The position numbers and the translations under genes are program-made. The notes beneath the pieces were generated by a model that made no database searches, was not told the origin of the DNA, and saw only the letters and a list, made by a program, of their open reading frames with translations. A stretch of DNA of 64,000 nucleotides from Mobula hypostoma (lineage: Eukaryota): contig NC_086108.1 in the NCBI RefSeq assembly GCF_963921235.1, positions 44,704,001-44,768,000 of the forward strand, written 5' to 3'. Each line of letters opens with the position of its first letter. Position 1 is the stretch's first letter. Of this stretch, positions 22,700 to 37,230 are shown piece by piece.

Positions 22700-25600
22700 C
22701 ATGGAGATGGCTTTTCAGAGCAGCCCTCCAGGGGATCATCTATACTGGATTGTGTGTTGTGCAATGAACCAGAATCGATCAGAGAGCTTAAGGTAAAAGA
22801 ACCCTTGGGGGAAAGTGATCATAATATGATCGAATTCATCCTGAAATTTGAGGAGAAACTAAAGTCAGATGTATCAGTATTACAGTGGAGTAAAAGGAAT
22901 TACAAAGGCATGAGAGAGGAGTTGGCAAAAATTAGTTGGAAAAGAACACTGGTAGGGACGACAGCAGAGCAGCTATGGCTGGAGTTTCTGGAAGAAATTC
23001 GTAAGGCACAAGATGTATACATTCTGAAGTACTCTAAAGGCAAGATGACTCAACCGTGGCTAACAAAAGAAGGCAAAGCCAACATAAAAGCCACACAGAG
23101 GGCATATAATAGAGCAAAAATTAGTGGGAAGTTCTTAAAAACCAACAGAAGGCAACTAAAAAGTCATTGAGAAGGTGAAGATGGAAAACAGAAGTAGGCT
23201 CGCCAATAATACTCAAAAGGATACCAAAAGTTTCTTCAGATATATAAAGTGTAAAAGAGAGGCAAGAGTGGATATTGAACCGCTGGAAAATGATGTTAGA
23301 GAGAAATGATAATAGAGGATAAGGAAATGGTGGATGAACTGAATAAGTATTTTGCATCAGTCTTCACTGTGGAAGACACTAGCAGTATGCTGGAAATTCC
23401 ATGTGTCGGGGGCATGAAGTGTGTGAGGTTACCATCACCAGAGAGAAGGTTCTTAGGAAACTAGAAGGTCTGAAGGTAGTTAAGTCACCTGGACAGATGG
23501 TGTACACCCCAGAGTTTTGAATTAAGTTGCTGAAGAGATTGTGGAGGCATTAGTAATAATCTTTCAAAAATCACTAAGTTCTGGAATGGTTCCAGAAGAC
23601 TGGAAAACTGCAAATGTCACTCCACTCTTCAGGAAGGGAGAGAGGCAGAAGAAAGGAAACCATAGGCCAGTTAGTCTGTCCTCAGTGATCAGAAAGATGT
23701 TGGAGTTGATTATTAAGGATGAGGTCTCAAGCCACTTGGAGGCACATGATAAAATAGGCTGTAGTCAGCATAGTTTCCTCAAGGGACAATCTTGCCTGAC
23801 AAATCTGTTGGAATTCTTTAAAAAATAACAAACAGGATAGACAAAGGAAAATTGATTGATGTTGCGCATTTAGATTTTCAGATGGCATTTGACAAGGTGC
23901 CACATGAGGCTCCTTAACAAGCTATGAGCCCAAGGTATTACAGGAGAGATTCTAGCGTGGATTCAGTGGTGGCTGATTGGCAGGAGGCAAAGAGTGGGAA
24001 TAAAGCAAGCCTTTTCTGGTTGGCTACTGATGACAAATGGTGTTCCACAGGGGTCTGTGTTGGGACCGATTCTTTTGACGTTATAGGTCAATGATTTGGA
24101 TGACATATTTGATAGCTTTGTTTCAAAGTTTGCAGATTATATGAAGATAGGTAGAGGTGCAGGTAGTTTTGAGGAAGTAGAGAGGCTACAGATGGACTTA
24201 GACAAAATGGGCAAAGAAGTGGCAGATGGAATACAGAGTTGGAAAGTGTATGGTCATGTGACTGTTTTCTAAGTGGAGAGAAAATACAAACAACTGAGAT
24301 GCAAAGGGACTTGGGAGTCCTTGTGCAGGATTCCCTAAAAGTTAATTTGCAGGTTGAGTCTGTGGCAAGGAAGGCAAATGCAATGTTAGCATTCATTTCA
24401 AGAGGAATAGAATATAAAAGCAAGGATGTAATGTTGAGACTTTATAAAGCACTGGTGAGGCTTCATTTGGAGTATTGTGAGCAGTTTTGGGTCCCTCATC
24501 TTAGAAAGGATGTGCTGAAACTGCAGAGAGTTCAAAGGAGGCTCTTGAAATGATTCCAGGATTGAATGGCTTGTCATTGAGTGAGTGAGTGTTTGATAGC
24601 TCTGGATCTGTATTCACTGAAATTCAAAAGAATGAGGGATGTTCTAATCAAAACCTATCGAGTGTTGAATGGCCTTGACAGAGTGGATGTGGAGAGGCTG
24701 TTTCCTATGGTAGAAATGTCTCAGAAGAGGGGTGACCTTTTAGAACAGAGATGAGGAGGTATTTCTTTAGCCAGAGAATGGCGAATCTGTGGAATACTTT
24801 GCCACAGGCAGCTGTGGAGGCCAAGTCTTCATGGATGTTTAAGACAGAGATTGATAGATTCAATAGATCTAAACAGTCACCCTCCACTAACACTCTTCTC
24901 CCCCCAGCAGAACTTGTCCTCTCAATAATTTCTCCTTTGGCTCCTCCCACTTCCTTTAAACAAAAGGGGTAAGCATGGGCACTCGCATGGGTCCCAGCCA
25001 TGCCTGCCTGTTTGTCTGCTACGTGGAACAGTCTATGTTCTGAAGTCCTCACTGGTGACCATCCCACACTTTTCCTGTGCTGCATTGATGACTGCATTGG
25101 TGTTCACCCATGCTGAACTCATTGACTTCATCCACTTTGCCTCCAACTTCCACTCTGTCCTCAAATTCACCTGGTCCATTCGTGACAGCTCCCTTCCCTT
25201 CCTCGATCTCATTGTCTCTATCTCCAGAGACAGCTTATCCACTGATGTCTATTACAAACCTACGGACCCTCACAGCTATCTTGATTACACCTTGTCTCAC
25301 CCTATTACTTGTAAAAATGCCATCCCCTTTTCTCAATTCCTCCATCTCAGCTGCATCTGCTCTCAGGATGAGGCTTTTCATTGCAGATCGAAGGAGGTGT
25401 CCTCCTTTTTCAAAGAAAGGGGCTTCCCTTCCTCCACCATCAATGCTGTCCTCAACCACATCTCTTGCATTTCACGTATATCTACTCTTACCCCATCCTC
25501 CTGCCACCCTCCCATGGATAGGGTTCCTCTTGTCCTCACCTACCACCCTACCAGCCTTTGTGTCCAGCACATAATTCTCGAAACTTCAGCCACCTCCAGT

Positions 25601-26595
25601 GGGATCCCACCATCAAGCACATCTTTCTTTCACCCTCCATTTTCTGCTTTCCGCAGGGATCGCTCCCTACATGACTCCCTTGTCCATTTGCCCCCTCTCA
25701 TTGATCTCCCTCCTAGCACATCCTTGCGAGTGGAACATGTGCTACACCTGCCCCTGCACCTTCTCCCTCACTACTATCCAGGGCCCTAAACAGTCCTCCA
25801 GGTGAGGTGGCACTTCACCTGCGAGTCTGTTGGGGTCACTTACTGCGTTCGGTGCTTCGGGTATGGCCTCCTGCATATCGGTGAGACCCGACGTAGATTG
25901 GGAGACCGCTTTGCCAAGCATCTACGCTTCATCCGCCAGAACAAGCAGGATCTCCCAGTGACCACCCATTTTAATTCCACTTCCCATTCCCATTTTGATA
26001 ATATGTCCATCCATGGCCTCCTCCGCTGTCGTGATGAGGCCACACTCAGGTTGGAGGAACAGCACCTTGTATTCCACTTGGGTAGCCTCCAACCTGATGG
26101 CAGGAACATCAATTTCTTAAACTTCCGGTAATGCCCCCCAAACCCCCTCTTCTTTATTTCCCATTCCCCTTTCCTTCTCTCACCTCATCTCTTTGCCTGC
26201 CCATCTTCCCCTTTTTTCTTCCTTCCATGACTTTCTGTCTCTTTCACTAATCAACTTCCTGGCTCTTTACTTCATCCCTCCCCCTCCAGGTTTCACCTAT
26301 CACCTGGTGGTTTTCTCTCCCCTCCCCCCACCTATTAAGCCTACTCCTCAGCTTTTTTTCCCCTCTAGTCCTGAAGGGTTTGGCCCGAAGTGTCGACTGT
26401 ACTTTTTTTTTCCATAGATGCTGCCTGGCCTGCTGAGTTCCTCCAGCATTTTGTGTGTGTTGATAGATTCTTGGTTGGTCAGGACATGAAGGGATATGGG
26501 AAGAAGGCAGGAGACTGGGGCCAAAGGAAAATTGGATTAGCTGTGATGGAATGGCAATGGGCCAAATTCTGTTCCTATATCTTATGGTCTTATGT
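22700..26595 (+). mobile_element. Decayed CR1 (ORF2 fragments and 3' end) interrupted by a PLE
   Basis: ORFs 22514-23170, 23541-23828, 24239-24553 and 24751- encode CR1 APE/RT pieces. The 3' end resumes at 26460. Confidence 0.85.
24862..26459 (+). mobile_element. 5'-truncated decayed Neptune-type PLE
   Basis: RT C-terminus (ORF 25055-25789), GIY-YIG (25802-26131) and a degenerate hammerhead at about 26366-26399. 11-bp TSD TTGATAGATTC (24851-24861, 26460-26470). Confidence 0.88.
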
Positions 26596-27729
26596 TACTT
26601 CTAAACACAAACTGAATTGGGCTGAATTACTTTACTGTTCTGAGAATTATACCTTAGAAGGAAATCTAGGCATTAAAACACTATTGTAGGCCTAGCAGAT
26701 TGATACTTTGTCTCCAGAGGTTGTTACCAAAAGAGATCATGTATACTGAAACTGTGCTCCTGGTAAGGGATGATTTGACTGAAGCTTTGAAGACAGTGTA
26801 GACTGATGGAAATTGCCTATTTCGGTTGGGAAATATAGGACAAAAGTTATAATCTAAAATTTATGAGCCAGACTGTATTAATACGGAGAAAAATTAAGAG
26901 AATTAATTTTCTGAAATTAAAGCCTTCTTAATGCAAATCCTCTACTGTGTACTAATTGTTGCCTGGTTAATTGTTATTCAAATCTGACATTTATACATTT
27001 TGAAAGTATTTGGAATATGTGGAGTCGGGTCACATTCCCTATTATACCTCCTATGTTCTTAAAGATACTGAGATCTTAATTAACAAGTATTCTCCTTGTA
27101 AAAGATGGGGAATCTTAACTAGAGTGGTATGCTGTCCTGTACAGATACAATGATAAACAATGCAGGTATCAAGAATTCAAGTCATAGAAAAAAATAAATT
27201 AACACTTTTTCTATAGAACTTCATGAAGCCAATGTATATGAATAATTAGAGTTGATTATAAATGAGGTGAAGAGCCTAAATACCAAATGTTGATGATATG
27301 TTGTGGGGGACATAGTAGACTTTGTGGTGCTATTGGAATAGGGTGTTCTGTTTGTGACGTTTAATCACTGTTTGCAGGCTCTCTCTGTGTGGAACTGAGT
27401 ACACTGTAGACTAACAAAACTTAAGCATCAACACTTCAAAGGCAAAGCAATGAAATCCTGAGAAAAGGCACGTATTTCAAATGTGAAGAAGACCAAGGGT
27501 ATGTTAAAACTATGCATGGAATTACGATAATTGAAGCAGACTAAATGTACGACATAGACAAAGATGATTTTTTGAAGAGATACTGATTGAAATAATGGTG
27601 ACAAAATGGGTAGTGGGAATTCATGGAAGCATCGACTCTAGTCATACAAGACAGTTTCACGTTGATAGCATGCAGACTTAAGCTGATTTCACAACGCTTC
27701 TCAAATGTTGCTTCTTGCAAACAACTTAC

Positions 27730-27805
27730 AGAATCGCTGTGCGACTGTTCTGCTGTCAACTTCCTCAAGTTGTCTGCTGCATGAACGTTCCCACTGATAA
27801 ACCAC
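27730..27805 (-). CDS. LRRC42: LRRC42 coding exon 6
   Basis: ttttAG acceptor and GTAAGT donor; encodes VVYQWERSCSRQLEEVDSRTVAQRF. Confidence 0.88.
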
Positions 27806-28499
27806 CTAAAATATATTAAAAATAAGTACACCAATTGTTTTCTGGGAATAAAGGTACACAAAGCTAATTTCATCACTTTTAACAATTGAGTGGCCATGAT
27901 AAAAGTCAATGAAATGATGTGACACTATCAAATGCAAACCAGTCTGGAGACACATTTTCCCTTTCTAAACGACAATGAAACAGACAAGTTTTTAACAACA
28001 GTCCCAAGCTATCTTTCCAACAAGAGTTCACCAGGTTATTGAATTTGACTTCACAATTTAATCTGACTCATGAATCTAGAACTGCTAATATGGTCTGTAT
28101 AATACAACCACTATAATATCAGATTCTTTATGGAGGAACTGTTTTCATAAATGAAGCAACACTAAACAAACAACAAAAGGAATTTGTGTCCTCAAGTTGA
28201 AGAATTCTAAAGCATGATTTATGTAAAAAAAAATACATCTGAGTTTTAAAAAAGGTCAATCAAAACATCCGTAACTTTGTAACCAATCTATGAGTGAAAT
28301 TGCCCTGATTCTATTTCTCCTCATCAGAAGTTCAACATTGTGGAAATTTCATCTTGCATATGACTGACACCAATCCAGTTAAAGTAAATTCAAACATTAA
28401 GGGAGGAATTCAAGGCAAAGCCTCCTCTATGCTGTTGATGGAGCCTCTAAGAAATCGTAGAAGAGTCAAATGTTATCACAGGAACAGAAATAACTTCCT

Positions 28500-28891
28500 T
28501 TCTTTCTTTTTAAATCTTTTTATTGAGTAAGTATACAAAAAAGGTAAGCCATATAAACATTAATACAATGTTAAAGTATAATAAAATTCCAAAAGATAAC
28601 AATACCAAAAAGAAAATACTACAAACAATGTAATTTAAGCATAAGAAACCAAGATAACATAATAGTATACTAGATTTTATATATATCAATGGAAAAAAAA
28701 AGAAAAAAAAACCCCCAAAAAAAAACCCACCGTGCAACTAACTAAAAGCAAAGCAAAGCAATGGGCTAACTTGAAACCAAACAGAGTTAAACTTAAAATC
28801 ACGTCCTCAATCCCGACCTCCATTAAAACAGTGAAGAAAAAACAAGAAGGGTAAATATTACATTAAATGAAAATATCGAATAAAAGGTCCC
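28500..28891 (-). mobile_element. L1-clade 3' fragment
   Basis: Starts with GPFIRYFHLM*, then 3' UTR, AATAAA and an A-rich tail. 15-bp TSD CAGAAATAACTTCCT (28485-28499, 28892-28906). Confidence 0.8.
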
Positions 28892-29829
28892 CAGAAATAA
28901 CTTCCTAATACAAGATGGTTCAGGTGCAGTAACAGTTTAAGTTCTGGATAACGTTCCTTTTAATCTGCCTAAAACATGTGTTTTAACATCACTCTGAGAG
29001 TAGAGCCCACAGTGTTATATAGCTTTGCCAAGTTCATCAAATTTATGATGACACAGCAGTAGTTTTGCACAGTGAGCAGAACAAAAATCAGGAAGGCCCC
29101 AGTTCTCACAGGACCCTGTAACCAGCCACAACAGGAGGTTGGGTTGGGTGGTGTTAGAAAACAAAATATGAGATTTTATGGTAAAGTTAGAAAGACTGAG
29201 ACATAAACTTGAAGCTCCTTGAGGAAAAAGAATTGTACAACCAAAAGAACTGCTGGACAAGTTTGATCAAAATGCAGATGCAAGATAATTCTAATCAATA
29301 AATTGGACTCTAGATTTGTATTATTCTGTAATTACACTGAGTTTTTAAAATTATTTTTCAAACTGTTGCACAAAGGGAGCATTTCAAACAAATGATTGGG
29401 ACAGAATTTAAACCAAGTTTCAGAAAAGTAATACAAAACATCAACCATCAGGCTCATGAACTTCATTTGCCCCATCACTGAACTGTTCCTGCAAATTATG
29501 GACTCCCTTTCAAGGACTCTTCATTTTAGGTTCTCAATATTTATTGCTCATTGAATATTATTATTTTCTTCTTTCTTTTTGTATTTGCAGTTTGTTCTTT
29601 TTTGCAAATTGGTTGTTGTCTGTCCTGTTGGGTGTGGTCTTTCATTGATTCTATTGTGTTTCTTCTACCTTTGAAAATGAATCTCATGGTTGTTTATGGG
29701 TGCATTTATATATGCACTTTGATAATAAATTTACTTTGAATGTTGAAAACACTGTAGTCCCTAAAATTATTTAAATACAGTTCATATTTCTCACATGTAG
29801 AATATTGAAAATTTTCTACCACACAGTAC

Positions 29830-29943
29830 CTGTTCTGCCCAGCCTTCTGTCCTGCAGCAGGAATGCTCAAACACCTCCAGATGTTCTCCAACAGGAAGCA
29901 GTGACAACTTGCTCTGAATCATTTGGATTGATGAGCAATTGGG
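29830..29943 (-). CDS. LRRC42: LRRC42 coding exon 5
   Basis: AG/GT bounded, 114 nt; encodes PNCSSIQMIQSKLSLLPVGEHLEVFEHSCCRTEGWAEQ. Confidence 0.9.
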
Positions 29944-30617
29944 CTAATATAAAAATAAAGTTAAAACTAATGAAATGTTTAAATTATTTACTTTCCAAAA
30001 TGGAGAAAAAAAGATGGCCTATCTATGCTTTTGCTCAACTGTGATAATATACACTCAGTCACCACTTTATTAGATATACTTGCTCATTAATGCAAACATT
30101 TAATCAGCCAATTATGTGGCAACTCAGTGCATAAAAGCATGGAGACATTGTTAAGAGGTTCAATTGTTGTTCAGACCAAACATCAGAATGGGGAAGAAAT
30201 GTGACCCAACTGACTTTGACCATGAAATGATTTTGGTGCCGGATCACAACCAGACAAACGAAGGTAACTATTTATAGAATGCCTCTATTTCTGTGGTACT
30301 TCATTATCAATCAGACACAGAGCACAAGGATAAGCTGACCCCCAAGGTAGGACATAAGGAGCAGCCAATGAGAGGCAAGGAAGATTTGGCCCATTATTTA
30401 CGGCTCAGATTCTTGATTCAGTTTTAAATATGTTCTTTGTTGCCAATCCACTGTGTTTTGTAATATTACAGGTACAGGGTAGAGAATATTGTGTTTCATG
30501 AAACCTAGGGAATCTGTAAGAAACCTTGTCACAAATATAGAGTATGAAAAAGTTCAGTTTTGGTTTGAATGCCATCATGAAAGCTGTCAGATTAATGTGA
30601 AAGTTATAAATCCTCAC

Positions 30618-30706
30618 CGAAACACCAGTCCCAGAGATATTCAATGACCTCAATTTTGTAAAGCAACACACATACAGCAAACCACGTCCGCTGATTTTAG
30701 GGTTAC
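30618..30706 (-). CDS. LRRC42: LRRC42 coding exon 4
   Basis: caacAG acceptor and GTGAGG donor; encodes the LRR segment NPKISGRGLLYVCCFTKLRSLNISGTGVS. Confidence 0.9.
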
Positions 30707-30954
30707 CTGTTGAGAGGAAACCAAAAGATGCAGGTCATAACTGGTTTCTAATTGAGATTCTTACTGCAATAACTCTGAAAAATATCTGCTTTGTGATTAC
30801 ATATCTTCGTTGTAAATAGCAATCATCTCAACTATTTAACAATTTGCAGCATCTCCAGATAAAGAAATTATTTTGGAAATCCTTAACTGATAAAATAAAC
30901 ACATATCAAGTGTCAGCTTTCACTTTCAATATTAAATCATTTTTTTTTAAATCA

Positions 30955-31850
30955 GAAGAATAATACTGCACAGAAACAGGTACTTGATCCATGCAAACCA
31001 GGCTCCTCTAAGCCAGTCACATTTGCCTGCATCGCACTAAACCCCGCCTGTCCAGGTTATTATCCAAATTATTTTTGTATCATTATTGTACCTACCTCAA
31101 TTACTTTCTCTGGCAGCTTGTTCCATGTATGCACTACTCTGTGCGAAGAAGTTGTTTCTCAGTTCCCTTTTAAATCTTTTCCCTCTCATCTCAAGCCTAT
31201 GCCTTCTAGTTTTTTTGTTTCCTTTCCCTGGGATATGAACTGCGTGCATTCATCCCATCTGTGGCCCTCATAACTTTGAACACTCTTAGACAATTGACCC
31301 CCCCCACCCCCCAGTCTCCAATACTCCAAGGAATACGGTCTTTAACTCAGGCACTCAAATCCTGTCAACATTCTTGTAAATCTCCTGTCAAGTCTTTCCA
31401 GTGATGCCCTTCCAGTAACAGGATGGCCAAAACTGTGCACAGAGATCCAAGTGCAGCCTTGCCAGTGGCTAGTATAACCGCAACAGAGCACTCCAACTCT
31501 TACACTCAATCTCTGAACGGAGGCCAGCACGCCGAGCAGATTCTTCATCATCTGTGATGCCAGTTAATGAGAACCATGTACCTGTAACTCTTTGGTCCCC
31601 ATTCCACGACACTCCCCATGGTACTACCATTCACTGCACAAGTCGTACCTTTGTTCGATTTCCCAAAGTGCAACATCGCACATCTCACCTATTCTTAGAC
31701 CATTCACCCAGCTGATCAAGATCCCCCATTAATTTTTAATAACTTCCTTCAGTGTCTACAATTCCATCTACTTTCTAACCATGCTATGCACATTTTGATC
31801 TAAATTGTTTCTATAAATAACAAAAATCCCAGCACCAATACCTGTGGCAT
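30955..31850 (-). mobile_element. Old CR1 3' fragment
   Basis: ORF 31342-31551 contains LERLDRRFTRML; degenerate CR1 3' region. Confidence 0.6.
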
Positions 31851-32536
31851 TGGGAGGTTTGTCCTGGAAAACTGCCACATTGTTGAAGTTAACTGATAAT
31901 ATTCTAGATTATTGCATATTTCTGTTATTGATGGGGAAACCACCCAATGTGGTTGTGATATGGATTACTGACACTTAGTGGCCATTTTTAAGTTACCACT
32001 TACGTTTCATAAATGAGCATCAGCTGCACTTACAGGACCATGTACACTTGTGTTTTTACAGTATGCCAAACTCCCACATTGTTGGCTCTACTGTTTATCA
32101 TGGTAGGAAATGAGTTACAATTGCTAATCCACAACCATGCTATCACATCCAAGTTTAAACAATTCCATAAGTTTACACATGGTTTAATATTTGTGGAAGC
32201 ACATGTGCAGAAACAACTTCCACATTTAATATTTTTACATAGAATATGTTGCAACACAAAGAGGCCATACTTTCCAACCACTCCAAGGAGTTCATGTGCT
32301 ATGTGATCTCCATACCGTCCATCCTCAGTTAACCGCTCAGCGTAGCTTGTCACCCGCTTCTTTTTCAGCATATCAAAGGATGAACTTCAATGTACCAACT
32401 TCCCAAGTTAATGCTTAATATGGGCAATGGCCACCATTAAGTAATTTCTGCACCGGTCAGAAATCATCACAGAATTTCATTATCACTGTGGATTTCCCAA
32501 AAAGAGTCAGCTTAACTGGAATATTAGTTCATGCTA

Positions 32537-34129
32537 CAGTGCCTATAAAAAATATTCGCCACTCCCCCCCCCCCCCCCCAGGCGTTTTCATGTTTTACAA
32601 CGTTGAATAGTAATGATTTAATTTGGCTTTTTTTTGGACACTGATCAACAGAAATACTCTTTTGTGTCAAAATAAAAACCGATCTCTACAAAGTGATCTA
32701 AATTATTACAAATATAAAACGCAAAATAATTGATTGCCTAAGTATTCACACCCTTCAGTTCAGAATTTGGCAGCAATTACAGTCTGTGTGGATAGGTCTC
32801 TATCATCTTTGCACATCTGGACACCGCAATTTTCTGCCCCCAATTCCTCCTTACAAAACTGCTCAAGCTGTATCAGATTGCATGGGGATCGTGAGTGAAC
32901 AGCCCTTTTCAAGTCCAGCCACAAATTCTCAATTGGATTGAGGTCTGGACTCTTGACCTGGCCACTGCAGGATGTTATCTTTGTTGCTCTTAAGCCATTC
33001 CTGTGAAGTATGGCTTTATGCTTGGGGTCATTGTCTTGCTGGAAAACAAATCTTCTCCCAAGTCGCAGTTCTCTTGCAGACTGCATTGGGCTTTCCTCCA
33101 GAACTTCCGTATATTTTGCTGCATTCATTTTACCCTCTACCTTCACAAGCCTTCCAGGGCCTGCTACAGTGAAGCATCCCCACAGCATGATGCAGTCACC
33201 ACCATGCTTCATGGTAGGGATGGTGTGTTTTTGATGATGTGCCGTGTTTAAAAGTAGTGTTTAGTCTGAAGGCCAAAAAGCTCAATTTTGGTTTCGTCAG
33301 ACCATAGAACCTTCTTCCAGCTGACTTCAGACAAACCCTAGCTGAGATTTCATCAGTTTTTTCCCCCCAACAGTGGTTTTTTCTTTGCCACTCTCTCATA
33401 AAGCTGCAACTGGTGAAGCTCCTGAGCAACAGTTGTTGTATGTGCAGTCTCTCTCATCTCAGCCATTGAAACATGTAACGCCCCTAGAGTTGTCATAGGT
33501 CTCTTGGTGGCCTCCCTCACTTGTGCCCTTCTCGCACGGTCACTCAGTATTTGAGGACAACCTGTCTAGGCATATTTACAGCTGTGCTGTATTCTTTACT
33601 TTTTTTGATGATTGAATTAACTGTACTCCAAGGGATATTCAGTGACTTAGAAATTTTCTTGTATCCATCGCTATACTTGTGCTTTTTAATAACCTTTATG
33701 CAGAGTGTTCTTTTATCTTCACAGTGTAGTTTTTGACAGGATACTGACTCACCAGCAGTTCGACCTTCCAGGTGCACTTGTACTTTTACTACAATCAATT
33801 GAAATATCTTGACTGCACACAGGTCTTCAAAAACAGATCTCCATTTAACTAATTATGTGACTTCTAAAACCAATTGACTGCTCCATTGATGATTTGGTGT
33901 GTCATATTAAAGGGGGAGGGGGTGAATACTTACGCAATCAATGATTTTGTGCTTTTTATTTGTAATTACTTTAGATCACTTTGTAGAAATCTGTTTTTAC
34001 TTTGATATGGAAGTCTTTTTCTGTTGATCAGAATAAAAAAACAAATTAAATCCACTGTGATTCGCTGTTGTAAAACAATAAAATATGAAAACTTTCCGAG
34101 GCGGGGGGATATACTTTTTATAGACACTG
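32537..34129 (-). mobile_element. Decayed full-length Tc1 transposon
   Basis: TA-flanked TIRs CAGTGCCTATAAAA and TTTTATAGACACTG. Transposase fragments include GYKKISKSLNIPWSTV, KHGG...WGCF, FQQDNDPKH and SPDLNPIENLW. Confidence 0.9.
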
Positions 34130-35524
34130 TATATTAATTCCCTTATATTGTGACACATGCAAATAGAACCAACTGTATCAACCAGTGTTAGCTTACTAGT
34201 AAGATTGTGGATTAAAAATGTATACCGGAGATTTAACCGTATACAGATTGTGTTTGTCTATTATTGTGACTTGGATGAAGATCAGATCACAGTTTACGAG
34301 TAATAAATGCAAAAAACTAGGCAATTGCAAAAGGTTCACAAACTTTTTCTTGTACCTGTAGTTTAATACACACACATACAGAATCTATACCTGTCCAGTA
34401 CAGCCTAATCTCCGATCATCATGGACCATCTTGTCACGGGACCAGGACCTCACACTGTCACAGCTGTATGGTAATTTGTTGTGCAATACTTACTGTACTA
34501 TCTCACATTACCAAAAAATCCATGCACATGTAACTTGCATTTCTCAATATGGAGTCTGGGTTCTCCCAGTTGAGAAGAGTGGCTCCCCAAGTCACAGTGT
34601 GTATCTCATCCTCTAAAGAAACACTGAGCATGGTCTTCACCATGAGCAGCCTCAATCACAATACCTGGGAGCTGCCGACCTCACAAAAACCTTTTTCTGC
34701 ATCAGTCTCTAATCTAAGTGACCACGAAATTCATGTGCACTTTGCTTAATTTGTAAAAGTTATGATCTTAACTAACTGGTCCACAATAGACCCAATTCTC
34801 AAAGCAGACTGGTGTCATATGCTATCAGCATCACAGTTCTCTCAAATTTTCCTCACTTCCAACAAGATGTCTGTCAGAGTGGAGCCACAGGACAAATAGG
34901 AAACCGTTCAACTCTAGTAATCGTCATTCCAGAACCAAGGTCACTTCAGATTTTGTTTTTCAAGCTGTAAATGTACACAGGCTGAACTCCATGTCATCAC
35001 CCATTCTTTCACTGAAGCATATGAAAGAACTGCCCTTACATTTAACAGCTAAAAACAAAGTTCCCCAACAACCCAATACTTCCCCACCCACCTAGGCTCT
35101 ACTACACAAAACTGCTTCCTGACAGCACAGGTAAAACGAGATCCTGCAAAACATGTACCACTTCCCAAGTTCGGGAGTCACCTATAATAAAGGCAATCTT
35201 TGAAAATTACATTCATTGCCATTGATAGCCTTTGGATATCTGGGCAAAGCACTGTCTGAAAATCAGGAATTCAGACAGCTGGCACACAGCTCATGATATA
35301 ATACTAAGCAATGATAATTGCCCACCCCCTCACCCCAACCCATATATTCCTCACCCATGGAGTTCAATGCACTAGGGAGATACCATCAGTACCATCCCTA
35401 CAAAATCCTGCAGATCTGATGGGTTATTTCCCTGTTTTGGCATTGCACTTCAAGTCTTTTTAAATTCATTTTGATGATGAGAAGTACAGTATATCAGAAT
35501 TATGTGGACTGGCCACAAACTTAC

Positions 35525-35643
35525 CTGACAGATCCAGCACCTCCAAATTTCCTAAACCCTTCCTCATCACTCGGACTGGTGCTGTCATTCTCTGCAGACC
35601 ACAGTCAGACAGGCCATTATCTCTGAGGTACAAGAGGACGAGA
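35525..35643 (-). CDS. LRRC42: LRRC42 coding exon 3
   Basis: ttccAG acceptor and GTAAGT donor; encodes LVLLYLRDNGLSDCGLQRMTAPVRVMRKGLGNLEVLDLS. Confidence 0.93.
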
Positions 35644-36258
35644 CTGGAAGAAATGGGGTGAAGCTCAACTTTGGAGAAGTGGAAGGGGAAAAACATACTT
35701 TGCTGTTAGAACCATTTAATTACCTTCAGACACACAAGACCTGCTCCCCAAGAAGGGCCTACAATTAGACTTCGAACAAATGGATCCTTGAGTTGGGTGA
35801 GATGAGGCTTGCAAATTCTGGATCAGCTGTTCCTTGAGTTATGGTCTAACCAGAGTTTGATAGAGCCGCAACATTAAATTGCAGCTCTTGAACTGAATCC
35901 CCTGGCTAATGAAGGCCAACAGACCAAATGCCTTCTTAACCACCCTATCAACTTGCATAGCAATTTTGAGGGATCTATTGATGTGGACCCCAAGATCCCT
36001 CTGTTAGTCCACACTGCAAAGAATCCTGTCATTAACCCGTTTTCTAGATTAAACTCCATCTGCCACTTCTCAGCCCAGCACTATATCCTATCAATGTCCT
36101 GTTGTAACTTGCGATAACCTGCTACGTTATCTGCAACAGTACCGACCTTCATGACATCTGCAAACTTACTAACCCACACTTCCATTCCCTTATCCAAGTC
36201 ATTAATAAAACCAAGGGTAGGGGTCTCAGAACAGATCTCTGCCGATCGACAATAGTCA

Positions 36259-36473
36259 CCAACCTCTAGGTAGACTATGCACCATCTACTACCACCCACT
36301 GCCAACCTCTAGGTAGACTATGCACCATCTACTACCACCCACTGCCAACCTCTAGGTAGACTATGCACCATCTACTACCACCCACTGCCAACCTCTAGGA
36401 AGACTATGCACCATCTACTACCACCCACTGCCAACCTCTAGATAGACTATGCACCATCTATTACCACCCACTG
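36259..36473. repeat. Tandem repeat, 5 x 43 bp
   Basis: Unit ccaacctctaggtagactatgcaccatctactaccacccactg starts at 36259, 36302, 36345, 36388 and 36431. Confidence 0.95.
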
Positions 36474-36505
36474 CCCTCTATGGACAAGCCAATTCCGTAC
36501 CAACA

Positions 36506-37230
36506 CAAACAACAGGAATTTTGCAGATGCTGGAAATTCAAGCAACACACATCAAAGTTGCTGGTGAACGCAGCAGGCCAGGCAGCATCTCTAGGAAGAG
36601 GTACAGTCGACGTTTCAGGCCGAGACCCTTCGTCAGGACTAACTGAAGGGAGAGTTAGTAAGAGATTTGAAAGTTGGAGGGGGAGGGGGAGATCCAAAAT
36701 GATAGGAGAAGATAGGAGGGGGAGGGATGGAGCCAAGAGCTGGACAGGTGATAGGCAAAGGGGATATGAGATCATGGGACAGGAGGCCCGGTGAGAAAGA
36801 CAAGAGGGGGGGGACCCAGAGGAAGGGCAAGGGGTATAGTCAGAGGGACAGAAGGAGAAAAAGGAGAGAGAGAAAAAGAATGTGTGTATATAAATAAATA
36901 AATAACAGATGGGGTACGAGGGGGAGATGGGGCATTAGTGGAAGTTAGAGCAGTCAATGTTCATGCCATCAGGTTGGAGGCTACCCAGATGGAATATAAG
37001 GTGTTGTTCCTCCAACCTGAGTGTGGCTTGATCTTTACAGTAGAGGAGGCCGTAGATAGACATGTCAGAATGGGAATGGGATGTGGAATTAAAATGTGTG
37101 GCCACTGGGAGATCCTGCTTTCTTTGGCGGACAGAGCGTAGGTGTTCAGCAAAGCGGTCTCCCAGTCTGCGTCAGGTCTCGCCAATATATAGAAGGCTGC
37201 ATCGGGAGCACCAAACGCAGTATATCACCC
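36506..37230 (-). mobile_element. 5'-truncated PLE (GIY-YIG plus 3' end) with an intact hammerhead motif at 36604-36641
   Basis: Highly similar to the reverse complement of about 12590-13307; flanked by CCAACACAA (36500-36508, 37230-37238). Confidence 0.88.

Noticed and set aside
32013..32371. Overlapping 97-aa and 113-aa ORFs in an LRRC42 intron
   Set aside because: No recognisable motif or convincing splice signals.
36259..36473. CRISPR-like repeat array
   Set aside because: The units are contiguous with no spacers, derive from CR1 sequence and sit in a eukaryotic context.
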